Shown here one piece after another: positions 17,633 through 26,634 of a stretch of DNA of 64,000 nucleotides. The stretch comes from an uncultured Candidatus Saccharibacteria bacterium (GTDB lineage: Bacteria; Patescibacteriota; Minisyncoccia; Phycocordibacterales; UBA9973), in NCBI GenBank assembly GCA_964423445.1, contig CAYREQ010000003.1:821-64820 (forward strand). Direction: 5' to 3'. Every line of letters starts with the position of its first letter. The stretch's first letter is position 1. Both the position numbers and the translations under genes were made by a program. The notes below the pieces were generated by a model that worked only from the letters and a program-made list of their open reading frames with translations, was not told where the DNA came from and did not search any database.

Positions 17633-19576
17633 ATGAAAAAAACAAGATTACCCTTCAGTTCTTTGAGTATTGAAGAAGATAAAAAACCAAAAACACATGC
17701 TCACACAAATGAAAATCATTTAGGAACAGGAGAGCACAAGCATCCTGCACACTCAAGTGCACAAAAAACTAAATCAAAAGAAAAGAGTAGATCATCTAAG
17801 AGCTCTACTTATCAATACTCCAAAGGTGGACGTGGTGGAGGCCGTCAACCTCAAAGTCAGCACAAAAAACCAATTGAAGGAAAAATCCCACCACCAGTAG
17901 ATGGAAACATCCGAGTCATACCACTCGGTGGAGTAGAAGAAGTAGGAAGAAATATGATATTGATTGAATCCGAAAACGATATCATCGTACTCGATGTAGG
18001 ATTTCACTTTATAGATGAAGAAGAAGCTATGGGTGCAGATTTTACTCTGCCAAACTTTAAATATTTAGAAGAAAGAAAAGAAAAAATTCGTGCTGTGGCT
18101 ATCACTCACGGACACTTGGACCACATAGGTGGTATACCTTTTATCATGGACCGTATTGGCAACCCACCAATATATGCCCAGAACCTGACAATTCTAATGA
18201 TAAAAAAGAGACAAGAAGAATTTGTCGGCAAACCACCACTCACATTACACGTAGTGGATGAAAGTACAAAAATAAAATTCAACGAGCTTTCTCTCGGCTT
18301 CTTCCCTGTATATCACTCTATCCCTGATTCAATGGGAGTAAAAGTAGGTACACCATATGGAAATATCATAGTCTCTGGAGATATGAAATTAGAGCATGAC
18401 GGTGGTAAGCCAACTCCAAAAGAAGAAAAAAAGTGGACAGGTCTCGGAAAAGAAAATACTTTGATGCTTGTGGCTGACTCTACAAATGCCGAAGTCCCTG
18501 GATATTCAATATCTGAAAAAGAAGTTCAAAAAAATATTGAAGAAATAATCAGGACTACAGATGGCAGACTAATCATCGGAACTTTTGCTTCTCAGTTTGA
18601 CCGTATGATAAAAATTGTTGAGATTTGTGAAAAATATAACAAAAAAATAGTCGTCGAAGGACGAAGTATGAAAAACAATGTAGACATAGCAAAATTGGCA
18701 GAATTAATGAAGCCAAAATCTGACACATTTATCCAAGCCCAAGATATAGACAATTATCCACCAAACCGCATCGTAGTCATAGCTACAGGTGCACAAGGAG
18801 AAGAATTCGCAGCACTTATGCGAATGGCTACAAACAAACACAAATATATCCGACTAAATGCCAAAGACACTGTGATGTTTTCTTCATCTGTAATTCCAGG
18901 AAACGAAGTCAACATTCAAAAATTGAAAGATCATCTATATAGACATGATTTGAAATTAATCCATTATGGTATAGCAGAAATTCACTCTGGCGGACACGCT
19001 AGACAAGAAGACCTAGTCTGGATAAACAAGGCTGTAAATCCAAAATTCTTTATGCCTGGGTATGGAAACCACTCAATGCTGCGAATACATGCTCAGATAA
19101 TTCATGATAGAAACAATTTTCCAAAAGAAAATATAGTAGTACCAGACAATGGAACTATAGTAGAAATAGTAGATAAAGGAAACAAAATCACAGTACGAAA
19201 AGAAAAAGCACCAGCAAGTATGATGGTAGTGGATGGACTGTCTATTGGAAATGTCCAAGAAGTGGTGATGCGCGACCGCTCGATGCTGGCCCAAGATGGT
19301 ATGTTTGTCATCATTGCCCTACTTGATCAAAAAACTGGAAAATTGAAAAAATCTCCAGACCTTATATCTCGTGGATTCGTATATCTAAAAGAAAATCAGG
19401 AGCTTTTGCGTTCTGTCCGAATTGTCATCAAGAAATTAGTAGAAAATTCTACTTCTCGAACTACTCCAGCAAATTTTGACTTACTCAAAGCAGAATTGGG
19501 AGAAAATGTCTCAAAATTCTTATACCAAAAAACAGAAAAAAGACCATTGGTTATCCCTGTGATATTAAGCGTATAA
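17633..19576 (+). CDS. rnj: ribonuclease J (metallo-beta-lactamase/beta-CASP) with Lys/Gly-rich N-terminal extension
   Basis: Has the AITHGHLDHIGG metal-binding motif and beta-CASP C-terminal domain. Confidence 0.8.
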   Translation: MKKTRLPFSSLSIEEDKKPKTHAHTNENHLGTGEHKHPAHSSAQKTKSKEKSRSSKSSTYQYSKGGRGGGRQPQSQHKKPIEGKIPPPVDGNIRVIPLGGVEEVGRNMILIESENDIIVLDVGFHFIDEEEAMGADFTLPNFKYLEERKEKIRAVAITHGHLDHIGGIPFIMDRIGNPPIYAQNLTILMIKKRQEEFVGKPPLTLHVVDESTKIKFNELSLGFFPVYHSIPDSMGVKVGTPYGNIIVSGDMKLEHDGGKPTPKEEKKWTGLGKENTLMLVADSTNAEVPGYSISEKEVQKNIEEIIRTTDGRLIIGTFASQFDRMIKIVEICEKYNKKIVVEGRSMKNNVDIAKLAELMKPKSDTFIQAQDIDNYPPNRIVVIATGAQGEEFAALMRMATNKHKYIRLNAKDTVMFSSSVIPGNEVNIQKLKDHLYRHDLKLIHYGIAEIHSGGHARQEDLVWINKAVNPKFFMPGYGNHSMLRIHAQIIHDRNNFPKENIVVPDNGTIVEIVDKGNKITVRKEKAPASMMVVDGLSIGNVQEVVMRDRSMLAQDGMFVIIALLDQKTGKLKKSPDLISRGFVYLKENQELLRSVRIVIKKLVENSTSRTTPANFDLLKAELGENVSKFLYQKTEKRPLVIPVILSV

Positions 19577-19592
19577 ATAGTAAAATAAATAG

Positions 19593-20744
19593 ATGCAACA
19601 AACTAGAAAAATAATATATTTCGCCGGTTTTCTTTTTTCTCTTTCTCTGGCATTGATGATATATACAAACTCTAGCTTCCTATCTTCTTTTATGAACAAG
19701 GAGCTAGTGGGGCTGACTTTTGCTCTGGGTTCAATCTTTTCAATATTGGCCCTCATAATAGCACCAAATATATTTAGGAAAATAGGTGGACATAAATTTT
19801 TACTTCTAGTAATAGCCCTAGATGCACTATCCATACTATTGTGCACCTTAACAGATCATCCGTGGGTAGTGTCTATCGCATTTATATTTGGTTTTGCATT
19901 AAACACCTTGATAGTCTTTTCTCTGGATGAGCTTTTAAAGATATTTTCAAAAGATTCTGCCATAGGTAGTGTACGAGGTGCGTACCTAGCTATCTGCCAT
20001 ATAGCTTTTATACTGTCTCAATTGATATCTGGTACAATCTTGGAGTATTTTTCTTTTAAAGAGATTTACGGTGTAGCTTTTTTTGTAATGGTTTTATTTT
20101 TTATTTTTGCCTTTTTCGCTCTCAGGGAAACTCCTGACCCAAAATATGATGATTTGAAAGTTTTGCAATATTTGAAAAAGTTTTTCACAAATAAAAACTT
20201 ATTTCGGGCATATGGTATAAATTTTTTACTTCAATTCTTTTACTGCTGGATGGTGATATACACACCAATTTACTTATATAATTACGTACATTTTTCTTGG
20301 GAAGAAATAGGTATTATTTTTTCTGTCATGTTACTACCTTTTATCTTGGTCCCCTTCCATGTCGGCAGATATGGAGACAAGGTGGGCGAAAGACTGATGC
20401 TGATGTCTGGTTTTACCATTATTGCACTTGCTACAATTTCAATATTCTTTATAAACGATCACAAAGTCTGGCTATGGGCTTTGATATTATTTGCTACCAG
20501 AGTCGGAGCTGCCACTATCGAAGTCATGAGTGATGCTTATTTCTTTAAACATATAAAACCTGAAAATGAAGAATATGTAGGTATTTTTCGTAGCATTACA
20601 CCGTTATCCTATATAATTGGTCCTGTCGCTGCTTCAGCATTTTTCCTATTTTTACCTCAGTTTAATTTTATCTATGTAATACTAGGCACTATAATGCTAT
20701 TTGGAATTTATCTTTCTTCTACTATAGACAGAAAAGATATTTAG
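19593..20744 (+). CDS. MFS transporter
   Basis: About 12 TM helices and 383 aa, with an MFS-like GRYGDK loop. Confidence 0.6.
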   Translation: MQQTRKIIYFAGFLFSLSLALMIYTNSSFLSSFMNKELVGLTFALGSIFSILALIIAPNIFRKIGGHKFLLLVIALDALSILLCTLTDHPWVVSIAFIFGFALNTLIVFSLDELLKIFSKDSAIGSVRGAYLAICHIAFILSQLISGTILEYFSFKEIYGVAFFVMVLFFIFAFFALRETPDPKYDDLKVLQYLKKFFTNKNLFRAYGINFLLQFFYCWMVIYTPIYLYNYVHFSWEEIGIIFSVMLLPFILVPFHVGRYGDKVGERLMLMSGFTIIALATISIFFINDHKVWLWALILFATRVGAATIEVMSDAYFFKHIKPENEEYVGIFRSITPLSYIIGPVAASAFFLFLPQFNFIYVILGTIMLFGIYLSSTIDRKDI

Positions 20745-21190
20745 TTTTTCTTAAGTAAACTATTTTTATAAATTTTTTCTTTATAAGGTTTTAAGCGGAC
20801 TATTTTTACCAATAGTCCACGTTCTTTCAAATCCTTCTTGAGATTTTTTACATAAGCTTTTTGATCATAACCAAGAGCAATAATATCTGGTCGCTCTTTT
20901 AGGATATGCGGTATATGATTTTCTACGCCCGAGAGTACTACCCTATCGGCTAAAATACATTCTTTGAGTAGGCCCATCCTTTCTTTTTCATTTAATTTTG
21001 GATATTGTCCTTTTATTCTAAAAACATTTTTGTCGCGAGCTATTGATACCACTAGAAAAGAATTTTTTGCTAATCTTCGGGCTTGTTTAAACAAATTTAA
21101 ATGCCCCTCATGTAGACCGTCAAAGGTGCCAAAAACCATTATTTTATGCTTTTTTTCTATATTATTCTTTTCCACAATGTGTTTTGACAT
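20741..21190 (-). CDS. nucleotidyltransferase (archaeal RibL-like FAD synthetase / cytidylyltransferase family)
   Basis: Has the GTFDGLHEGH (HxGH) motif; the 149-aa architecture resembles RibL/TagD-type nucleotidyltransferases. Confidence 0.55.
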   Translation of the reverse strand: MSKHIVEKNNIEKKHKIMVFGTFDGLHEGHLNLFKQARRLAKNSFLVVSIARDKNVFRIKGQYPKLNEKERMGLLKECILADRVVLSGVENHIPHILKERPDIIALGYDQKAYVKNLKKDLKERGLLVKIVRLKPYKEKIYKNSLLKKN

Positions 21191-21235
21191 AACTTGAAGT
21201 AAGTATATACTAAGTAGGTTCCTTTTAAAAATTAA

Positions 21236-21415
21236 AGATTTGATTGGGGAAACTGGTTAGAATCCAGTACAGTGCCGCTACGGTATGTCCCGATTTGCTA
21301 AATGGCGAATCGAGGAACAAGTCCGAATACCAATCATTTTGTTATTTTATTAGTCCCGAGCAGGAAACCTTCTTTTTAAAAGAAGCTTCAATTCTGCACG
21401 AGCAGAATTTTTTTA
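21236..21415 (+). ncRNA. cobalamin (B12) riboswitch with terminator expression platform
   Basis: GGGGAAACTGGTTAGAATCCAGTACAGTGCCGCTACGGT matches the conserved GGGAA..GGTnnnAATCC....CnGnnCCGCnACnGT core (B12-box-like GCCGCTACGG). It is followed by the ttctgcacgagcagaa hairpin and a T7 run directly before the ATG at 21419. Confidence 0.6.
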
Positions 21416-21418
21416 TTT

Positions 21419-21907
21419 ATGCCCAAAAAACAAAAAATTACAACGATACTGACTGTCATAGCAATTATATTATTTTTGGCTGGTTCTTATTCTTTCTTAT
21501 CAAAAAAAACTGTAAATAATATATCTTCAATAATAGGAGAAACAATAGAAACTGAGAAAGAAAATCCTGAAAAACTAATAAACAATGATAGTAAAAATTT
21601 AGTAACCCAAAAAACTACTCAGGCTTACCTAGAAATAGAAAATGTGCGATACACGAGTAACATCGCACAAAATACCAGTGTCTACGACTTTATGAATAAA
21701 ATGAGAGTTGAGAAAAAAATAAACTTTAAAGACAAGACTTATACTGGCATGGGTAAATTTATCTATGAGATAAATGACGTAAAAAATATCGGAAGTAAAA
21801 ATTGGATTTATTATGTAAATGGCGAAAAAGCACAGGTGGGAGTTTCAGATTATAAAATAAATCCGAGCGATGTCGTGTCTTGGAAATTTGAAGATAATAT
21901 AAATTAA
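21419..21907 (+). CDS. DUF4430 domain protein (transcobalamin-like beta-domain, putative B12-binding), membrane-anchored
   Basis: The C-terminal NWIYYVNGEKAQVGVSDYKINPSDVVSWKFED matches the DUF4430 signature, and an N-terminal TM helix is present. It lies directly downstream of the B12 riboswitch. Confidence 0.55.
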   Translation: MPKKQKITTILTVIAIILFLAGSYSFLSKKTVNNISSIIGETIETEKENPEKLINNDSKNLVTQKTTQAYLEIENVRYTSNIAQNTSVYDFMNKMRVEKKINFKDKTYTGMGKFIYEINDVKNIGSKNWIYYVNGEKAQVGVSDYKINPSDVVSWKFEDNIN

Positions 21908-21922
21908 AAGTTAATTAAACAT

Positions 21923-23689
21923 ATGAAAAAAATAATAGAAATCTTTTTTGTTTTGACAATATTACTAAGTGCGACAGATTACACTTTTGCTACAGCTCCG
22001 AGTGCAACACTGACCATACGAGACAGTGGTAATATAATATTTACAGGCAATGTATCTATAGGAGAAGACAGCAACGTACTCTCCCTTTTAAATAATGCTG
22101 ATACAGAAAGCGATGATTTTGAAATTTCTAATATCCAAGAATTTTCTTTTGGGAAATATCTAAAATGTATAACTTATATAAATGGTGAGAGGTGTGATGA
22201 CTGGCAATATGTAGTAAATAATACTTCACCATTTTCTAGCATAGACCAGACTACTTTATCTGGCGGAGAAAATGTCTATGTATATTTTGGACCTCAAAAT
22301 AAAATAATTCTAGGCTCAAGTTCTATCACTACAAATGATGCAGTGACCCTGACAGCCCAAAACTATGATTATGAAAACGATACTTGGGTAGCTAGGACGA
22401 GTGGAACAGTGGGCCTCACTCAGCCAAACCCCTCAGACCCATGGAATCCGACTGAAGTATTGACAGCCCCTCTCGATGGCATAGGTCAAGCTACATTCAC
22501 CAAAGTCCCTGTCGGATCTTATAATGTCGGTATCAAAGAAGACTACTATTTCCCTACTGAGCCACTCACCGTGACAGCTTATGTACCATCAAATACCAGT
22601 GGTGGTGGAAGCAACATAGCAAATACTACAGGATTAGTCCTCGGAGCGACTACTAAAATACAATTTGATGTTGATAAAGCTTTCAAATTCTTGGCTTCAC
22701 AACAAAAAGAAAATGGTTCATGGGGAGACGAAATGTACACAGATTGGGCGAGCTTGGCATTACCAACAAGCAAACAAATGGAGCAAGTTATAAAATTAAT
22801 CAAATACCAAAGTGGCATTAAAACATCTGGTGTTTTACTGACTGATTATGAGAGGCATGCTATGGCCCTCTTGGCTCTCGGACTAAATCCATATAATACA
22901 AATGATGAAAATTACATAAAAAAAATCACAGATACTTTTGATGGAAAACAATTTGGAAGTATTGATGAAGATAATGATGACATCTTTGCACTTTTAGTCT
23001 TACAAAATGCTGGTTTTAAAAATGACGAAAAAATGATACTAGATAGTGTAGATTTTGTACTAAGTAGACAAAAAGAAAATGGTTCATGGGATGAAAGTAT
23101 AGATATGACTGGGGCAAGTATCCAAGCTCTTAAACTTTTCGATGAAAATGAAAAAGTGAAAACAGCTCTAGAAAAAGCAAAAGAATTTTTGAAGAAAAAT
23201 CAAAAGACAGATGGAGGTTTTGGAAATGTATCTTCTACTTCTTGGGCTATGGGAGGAATAGTAGCATTGAAAGAAAAAATAGAAGATTGGAAAAAAGAAG
23301 ATTTTGAAAATGAAGGTGTATTTTATAACCCTTTTGATTATCTAGCAAAAAACCAAGACATAGATGGAGGAATAAAAAATTCTATCAAAGAAGAAGAGTC
23401 TAGCTTGAAAAATAAAATCTGGGAGACAGCTTATGCTACAGTGGCAATGTCTGGTAAGACTTGGGGTGAAATAATGCAGAAATTTGAAAAACCAAAAGAT
23501 TTTACTATAGCCTCAAACTTCTCTGATAACACAGTAAAAATAGGTGCGACAGTGGCTCCTAAAAAAGTAAAACCAAAGACAGAGGCACCTGTTATACCTG
23601 TCTTAAACATTACAAATACAGAAAATACCCCTCAAATTCAGACAGAAAACAAAAATTGGTTTATGAAATTTATAAACTTTATTTTTTAA
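21923..23689 (+). CDS. secreted DUF4430-like domain fused to alpha/alpha-toroid (prenyltransferase/squalene-cyclase-like) repeat domain
   Basis: Has a signal peptide. The N-terminal region WQYVVNN...SGGENVYVYFG is DUF4430-like. Repeated QKENGSWGDE / QKENGSWDES / QKTDGGFGN / NQDIDGGI motifs are typical of alpha/alpha-toroid repeats. Confidence 0.5.
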   Translation: MKKIIEIFFVLTILLSATDYTFATAPSATLTIRDSGNIIFTGNVSIGEDSNVLSLLNNADTESDDFEISNIQEFSFGKYLKCITYINGERCDDWQYVVNNTSPFSSIDQTTLSGGENVYVYFGPQNKIILGSSSITTNDAVTLTAQNYDYENDTWVARTSGTVGLTQPNPSDPWNPTEVLTAPLDGIGQATFTKVPVGSYNVGIKEDYYFPTEPLTVTAYVPSNTSGGGSNIANTTGLVLGATTKIQFDVDKAFKFLASQQKENGSWGDEMYTDWASLALPTSKQMEQVIKLIKYQSGIKTSGVLLTDYERHAMALLALGLNPYNTNDENYIKKITDTFDGKQFGSIDEDNDDIFALLVLQNAGFKNDEKMILDSVDFVLSRQKENGSWDESIDMTGASIQALKLFDENEKVKTALEKAKEFLKKNQKTDGGFGNVSSTSWAMGGIVALKEKIEDWKKEDFENEGVFYNPFDYLAKNQDIDGGIKNSIKEEESSLKNKIWETAYATVAMSGKTWGEIMQKFEKPKDFTIASNFSDNTVKIGATVAPKKVKPKTEAPVIPVLNITNTENTPQIQTENKNWFMKFINFIF

Positions 23690-24293
23690 ACTCTACAATT
23701 TTACCAGCAGATATTTCTACTTTGTCAGCTTTGCGAAGGTGTTTGATATAAGATTTTGGGACAATATCAAAATATTTTACCTTGTCCAATGCACTGTCTA
23801 TGAGCCAGAGATCTTCACCTGATATAGCCCAATCCCCTTTTATACTATTTAAATTTAAAAACCCAGAATATTTTCGTAATGTTTTTTCTCCTGTATCTAA
23901 AAAATATTCATGAAAATAAGACATGACTAACTCACGGATATTTTTATATATAGGTTCACGATAGCGAAGCACTGCGTGATTTGTCTTTGAGAGTGCCCCC
24001 CATAGACCTCGCACTTTAAATGGAGTTACCACGTGGTCAAAATCCCCCTTCTTGGCTTTTAGACAAAGAAGATATGGTGTAAAACCATGCATAGATAAAA
24101 TATAAGCACCCAATATTGCCCCCTCCATGCAGTGAGCATTATTTTCACGGATTACACGTAATGGAGATTTTATAGTATCTACTTTATTCTTTTCAAAATT
24201 AAATGGTATAGAATTTAAAAAATCTTGCACCCGAGATGGTGTGTTTAATTTTTTAATTAGTGCCTTTTCAGCTTTTGTAAAGGCTAACATCAA
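23679..24293 (-). CDS. hypothetical protein, possible transglutaminase-like Cys-His fold
   Basis: The NAHCMEGAILGAYIL segment resembles a transglutaminase-like catalytic Cys loop; a weak inference. Confidence 0.3.
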   Translation of the reverse strand: MMLAFTKAEKALIKKLNTPSRVQDFLNSIPFNFEKNKVDTIKSPLRVIRENNAHCMEGAILGAYILSMHGFTPYLLCLKAKKGDFDHVVTPFKVRGLWGALSKTNHAVLRYREPIYKNIRELVMSYFHEYFLDTGEKTLRKYSGFLNLNSIKGDWAISGEDLWLIDSALDKVKYFDIVPKSYIKHLRKADKVEISAGKIVEFKK

Positions 24294-24298
24294 TATTT

Positions 24299-24976
24299 TT
24301 AGTCTAACTTAATACTTTTTATTATTACAGGATCTACTGGTCTATCACCTGGCAAAGTTTTTACAGAAGCGATCTTGTCTACTACTTCTATCCCAGAGAC
24401 TACTTTACCGAAAATTGTGTATGCTGGAGGTAATGGATAATCTACATGCATAATAAAGAATTGACTACCGTTTGTATTTGGGCCTGAGTTTGCCATAGCT
24501 AATACACCCTTCTTGTAGCCTATCTTTGTGTATAAATCAGACTTTGGGTCTATCTCATCAGCAAACTTGTATCCTGGACCTCCTGTGCCCCACATAGATG
24601 CCTTTGATTCGTCCTTGGTAAGTGGGTCACCAGCTTGTATCATAAAATCTTTGATAACTCGGTGAAACTTGATTCCATCATAAAACTTCTCATTTGCTAG
24701 TTTTTTGAAATTCTCTACAGTCTTTGGAGCGTCTTTTTCAAAAAACTCAATTTTAATATCACCCATATTTGTACTTAGTGTAGCCATTGTCGTTTTTTTG
24801 TTTATATCTTTTGTATCTACTTCTTCAACAGGAACATTTTGTACTTGCTCCTCTGGTGTCGTCTCTACAAGAGAATTATCATTAATAATATTTTCAGTTT
24901 TATTTCCTTTTGCAAAAAACCATATTCCCAAACCAAGTATAACTAAAACAACTAAAATGCTTATGTATTTATTCAT
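24299..24976 (-). CDS. peptidyl-prolyl cis-trans isomerase, cyclophilin-type, membrane-anchored
   Basis: Has FHRVIKDFMIQAGDP and ANSGPNTNGSQFFI cyclophilin motifs, plus an N-terminal TM helix. Confidence 0.8.
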   Translation of the reverse strand: MNKYISILVVLVILGLGIWFFAKGNKTENIINDNSLVETTPEEQVQNVPVEEVDTKDINKKTTMATLSTNMGDIKIEFFEKDAPKTVENFKKLANEKFYDGIKFHRVIKDFMIQAGDPLTKDESKASMWGTGGPGYKFADEIDPKSDLYTKIGYKKGVLAMANSGPNTNGSQFFIMHVDYPLPPAYTIFGKVVSGIEVVDKIASVKTLPGDRPVDPVIIKSIKLD

Positions 24977-24981
24977 ATTTT

Positions 24982-25530
24982 TTAATCTACTTTCTTGTAA
25001 AAATGTGCGACTAAAATTATCGTGATTAGAGCAAAGAATGCAGTAAGAGCTAGCATTGGTATGGATATATATCCACCAAATTCAGAAATGTATTGTTTAT
25101 AACAAGAAACTCCAGAAGCGTCGCAAGGAAGATTTGAAGCATCTACTGCAAAATAATACATGAGATTTTGATATACAGAAATAACAAAACCTACTAATAA
25201 CATAGGTAGTGTATATTTTATTATCTTCCTATCTTTAACCCAAGCAGCCATACCCGTGATAAATGCTATTGGAATAAGAAATGCTCTCTGGAACCAGCAA
25301 AGGTAGCAAGGCAAGAATCCTACTATCTCAGAATAAACGAGAGAAAAAGCTACAGCTGAAAAAGATATTACAAAGCTTAGCTCTAGGAAATGCTTATCAA
25401 TAAAATCCAAGTATGTGTTTTTCTTTGGTCCAAAGAAAAGAAGCCCAAGTGCTATCAAAGATAATATCTGCGTCAAGATAGCCCCTGCTCCTAAAAAAAG
25501 ATTTAAATAATGTACGGTTTCAAAATTCAT
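24982..25530 (-). CDS. disulfide bond formation protein B (DsbB/BdbC family)
   Basis: Four TM helices with a CYLC pair in the first periplasmic loop and a second Cys pair (PCDASGVSC). Confidence 0.6.
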   Translation of the reverse strand: MNFETVHYLNLFLGAGAILTQILSLIALGLLFFGPKKNTYLDFIDKHFLELSFVISFSAVAFSLVYSEIVGFLPCYLCWFQRAFLIPIAFITGMAAWVKDRKIIKYTLPMLLVGFVISVYQNLMYYFAVDASNLPCDASGVSCYKQYISEFGGYISIPMLALTAFFALITIILVAHFYKKVD

Positions 25531-25540
25531 AATTTTATAA

Positions 25541-25933
25541 TTATTGTGGTAATACGCAACTAGTCTTTTCTGCTAATTGTTCGAGTGGAATTTCACCATT
25601 TAATCTCTCGCCATTTAAGAATTCCCAAGTCGGATAGCTCTTTACTCCTTTGTCTATACAGATTTGTGTCTGACCATTTCCATCTACAGTGGAACATTCT
25701 ACGTAAGGTAATAATTTTGCAGAAGAACCAAACATCTTCTTTTGAGCTTGGCAGTGTGGGCACCAGAAAGCACCATAAAATACAGCACCTTTATCTTTTA
25801 GACATGTGGCAAATTCATCATATTTGCCTGGTGTGGTAGAAGCCTGACCTCCCCCACGTATTAATACAGTAAAAATTGTGCCCAAAATTAAAACACCTAT
25901 AACTATTAAAAATATTTTTGCATTGTTGTTCAT
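25541..25933 (-). CDS. membrane-anchored thioredoxin-fold thiol-disulfide oxidoreductase (DsbA/BdbD-like)
   Basis: Has a WCPHC active site and an N-terminal TM anchor, adjacent to the DsbB-like gene. Confidence 0.6.
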   Translation of the reverse strand: MNNNAKIFLIVIGVLILGTIFTVLIRGGGQASTTPGKYDEFATCLKDKGAVFYGAFWCPHCQAQKKMFGSSAKLLPYVECSTVDGNGQTQICIDKGVKSYPTWEFLNGERLNGEIPLEQLAEKTSCVLPQ

Positions 25934-25940
25934 AATGTTG

Positions 25941-26324
25941 TTATTGTAACATATTTATAATCTTTGGTAAAAAGATGAAAAAAGCCACTATTATAGACAA
26001 TATTACAGCTATCAGTACAGCTCCAGCAGCTACATCTTTTGTATCTCTCGCATATGGATGAAATTCGGGAGAAGTGAGATTTATGTCTATTTCTAAAGCT
26101 GTATTTATAGCCTCGGTGATAAATACCATGCCTATAGCAAAAATAATAAATAGCCATTCAATTTTTGAAATACAAAGAATATAGCCGAGGTAAACAGCAA
26201 GAATACTAAAAAATATTTGTAGCCATGCATTGTGAGTGGTCTTGAATAAAATACCTAATCCTCTCCACGCATGGGTCGAGCTTTTTATGCGATCTCTAAT
26301 TGAAAATTTATTTTTAGAATTCAT
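25941..26324 (-). CDS. dgkA: diacylglycerol kinase (DgkA family)
   Basis: Three TM helices with the EAINTALE...ARDTKDVAAGAV motifs of prokaryotic DgkA. Confidence 0.6.
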   Translation of the reverse strand: MNSKNKFSIRDRIKSSTHAWRGLGILFKTTHNAWLQIFFSILAVYLGYILCISKIEWLFIIFAIGMVFITEAINTALEIDINLTSPEFHPYARDTKDVAAGAVLIAVILSIIVAFFIFLPKIINMLQ

Positions 26325-26343
26325 GTATTACAAAAAGTTTTAA

Positions 26344-26586
26344 TTACCTCCATTTTGGCTGTGAGTCATCCTCTTTGAAAACTTCTTTCTGCCACTTATA
26401 AAAAGCTTGTTCTTCTTCTGTGAGATCAGAAGTTTTTATCCCCTGACTTAATAAATTAGAAATTCTTGAAGCAAGTAATTGTCTATCACCTGCAGTATAA
26501 TCACCAATAAAATCCCACCTTTTTTCTTGTTTTGGTAATGGTTCAAAATTAAGATTATTTTGTCCTGGTTGTTCAAATTTTGGCAT
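26344..26586 (-). CDS. hypothetical protein
   Basis: 80-aa charged protein with no motif. Confidence 0.3.
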   Translation of the reverse strand: MPKFEQPGQNNLNFEPLPKQEKRWDFIGDYTAGDRQLLASRISNLLSQGIKTSDLTEEEQAFYKWQKEVFKEDDSQPKWR

Positions 26587-26634
26587 ATTTATAGTATAAC
26601 ACCAGAAAAAATGAAAGCTACTTTGCTGTCTATC

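Noticed and set aside
25930-26157. 75-aa ORF overlapping dgkA in another frame
   Set aside because: It is fully nested in the better-supported dgkA reading frame (25941..26324) and is an out-of-frame artefact.
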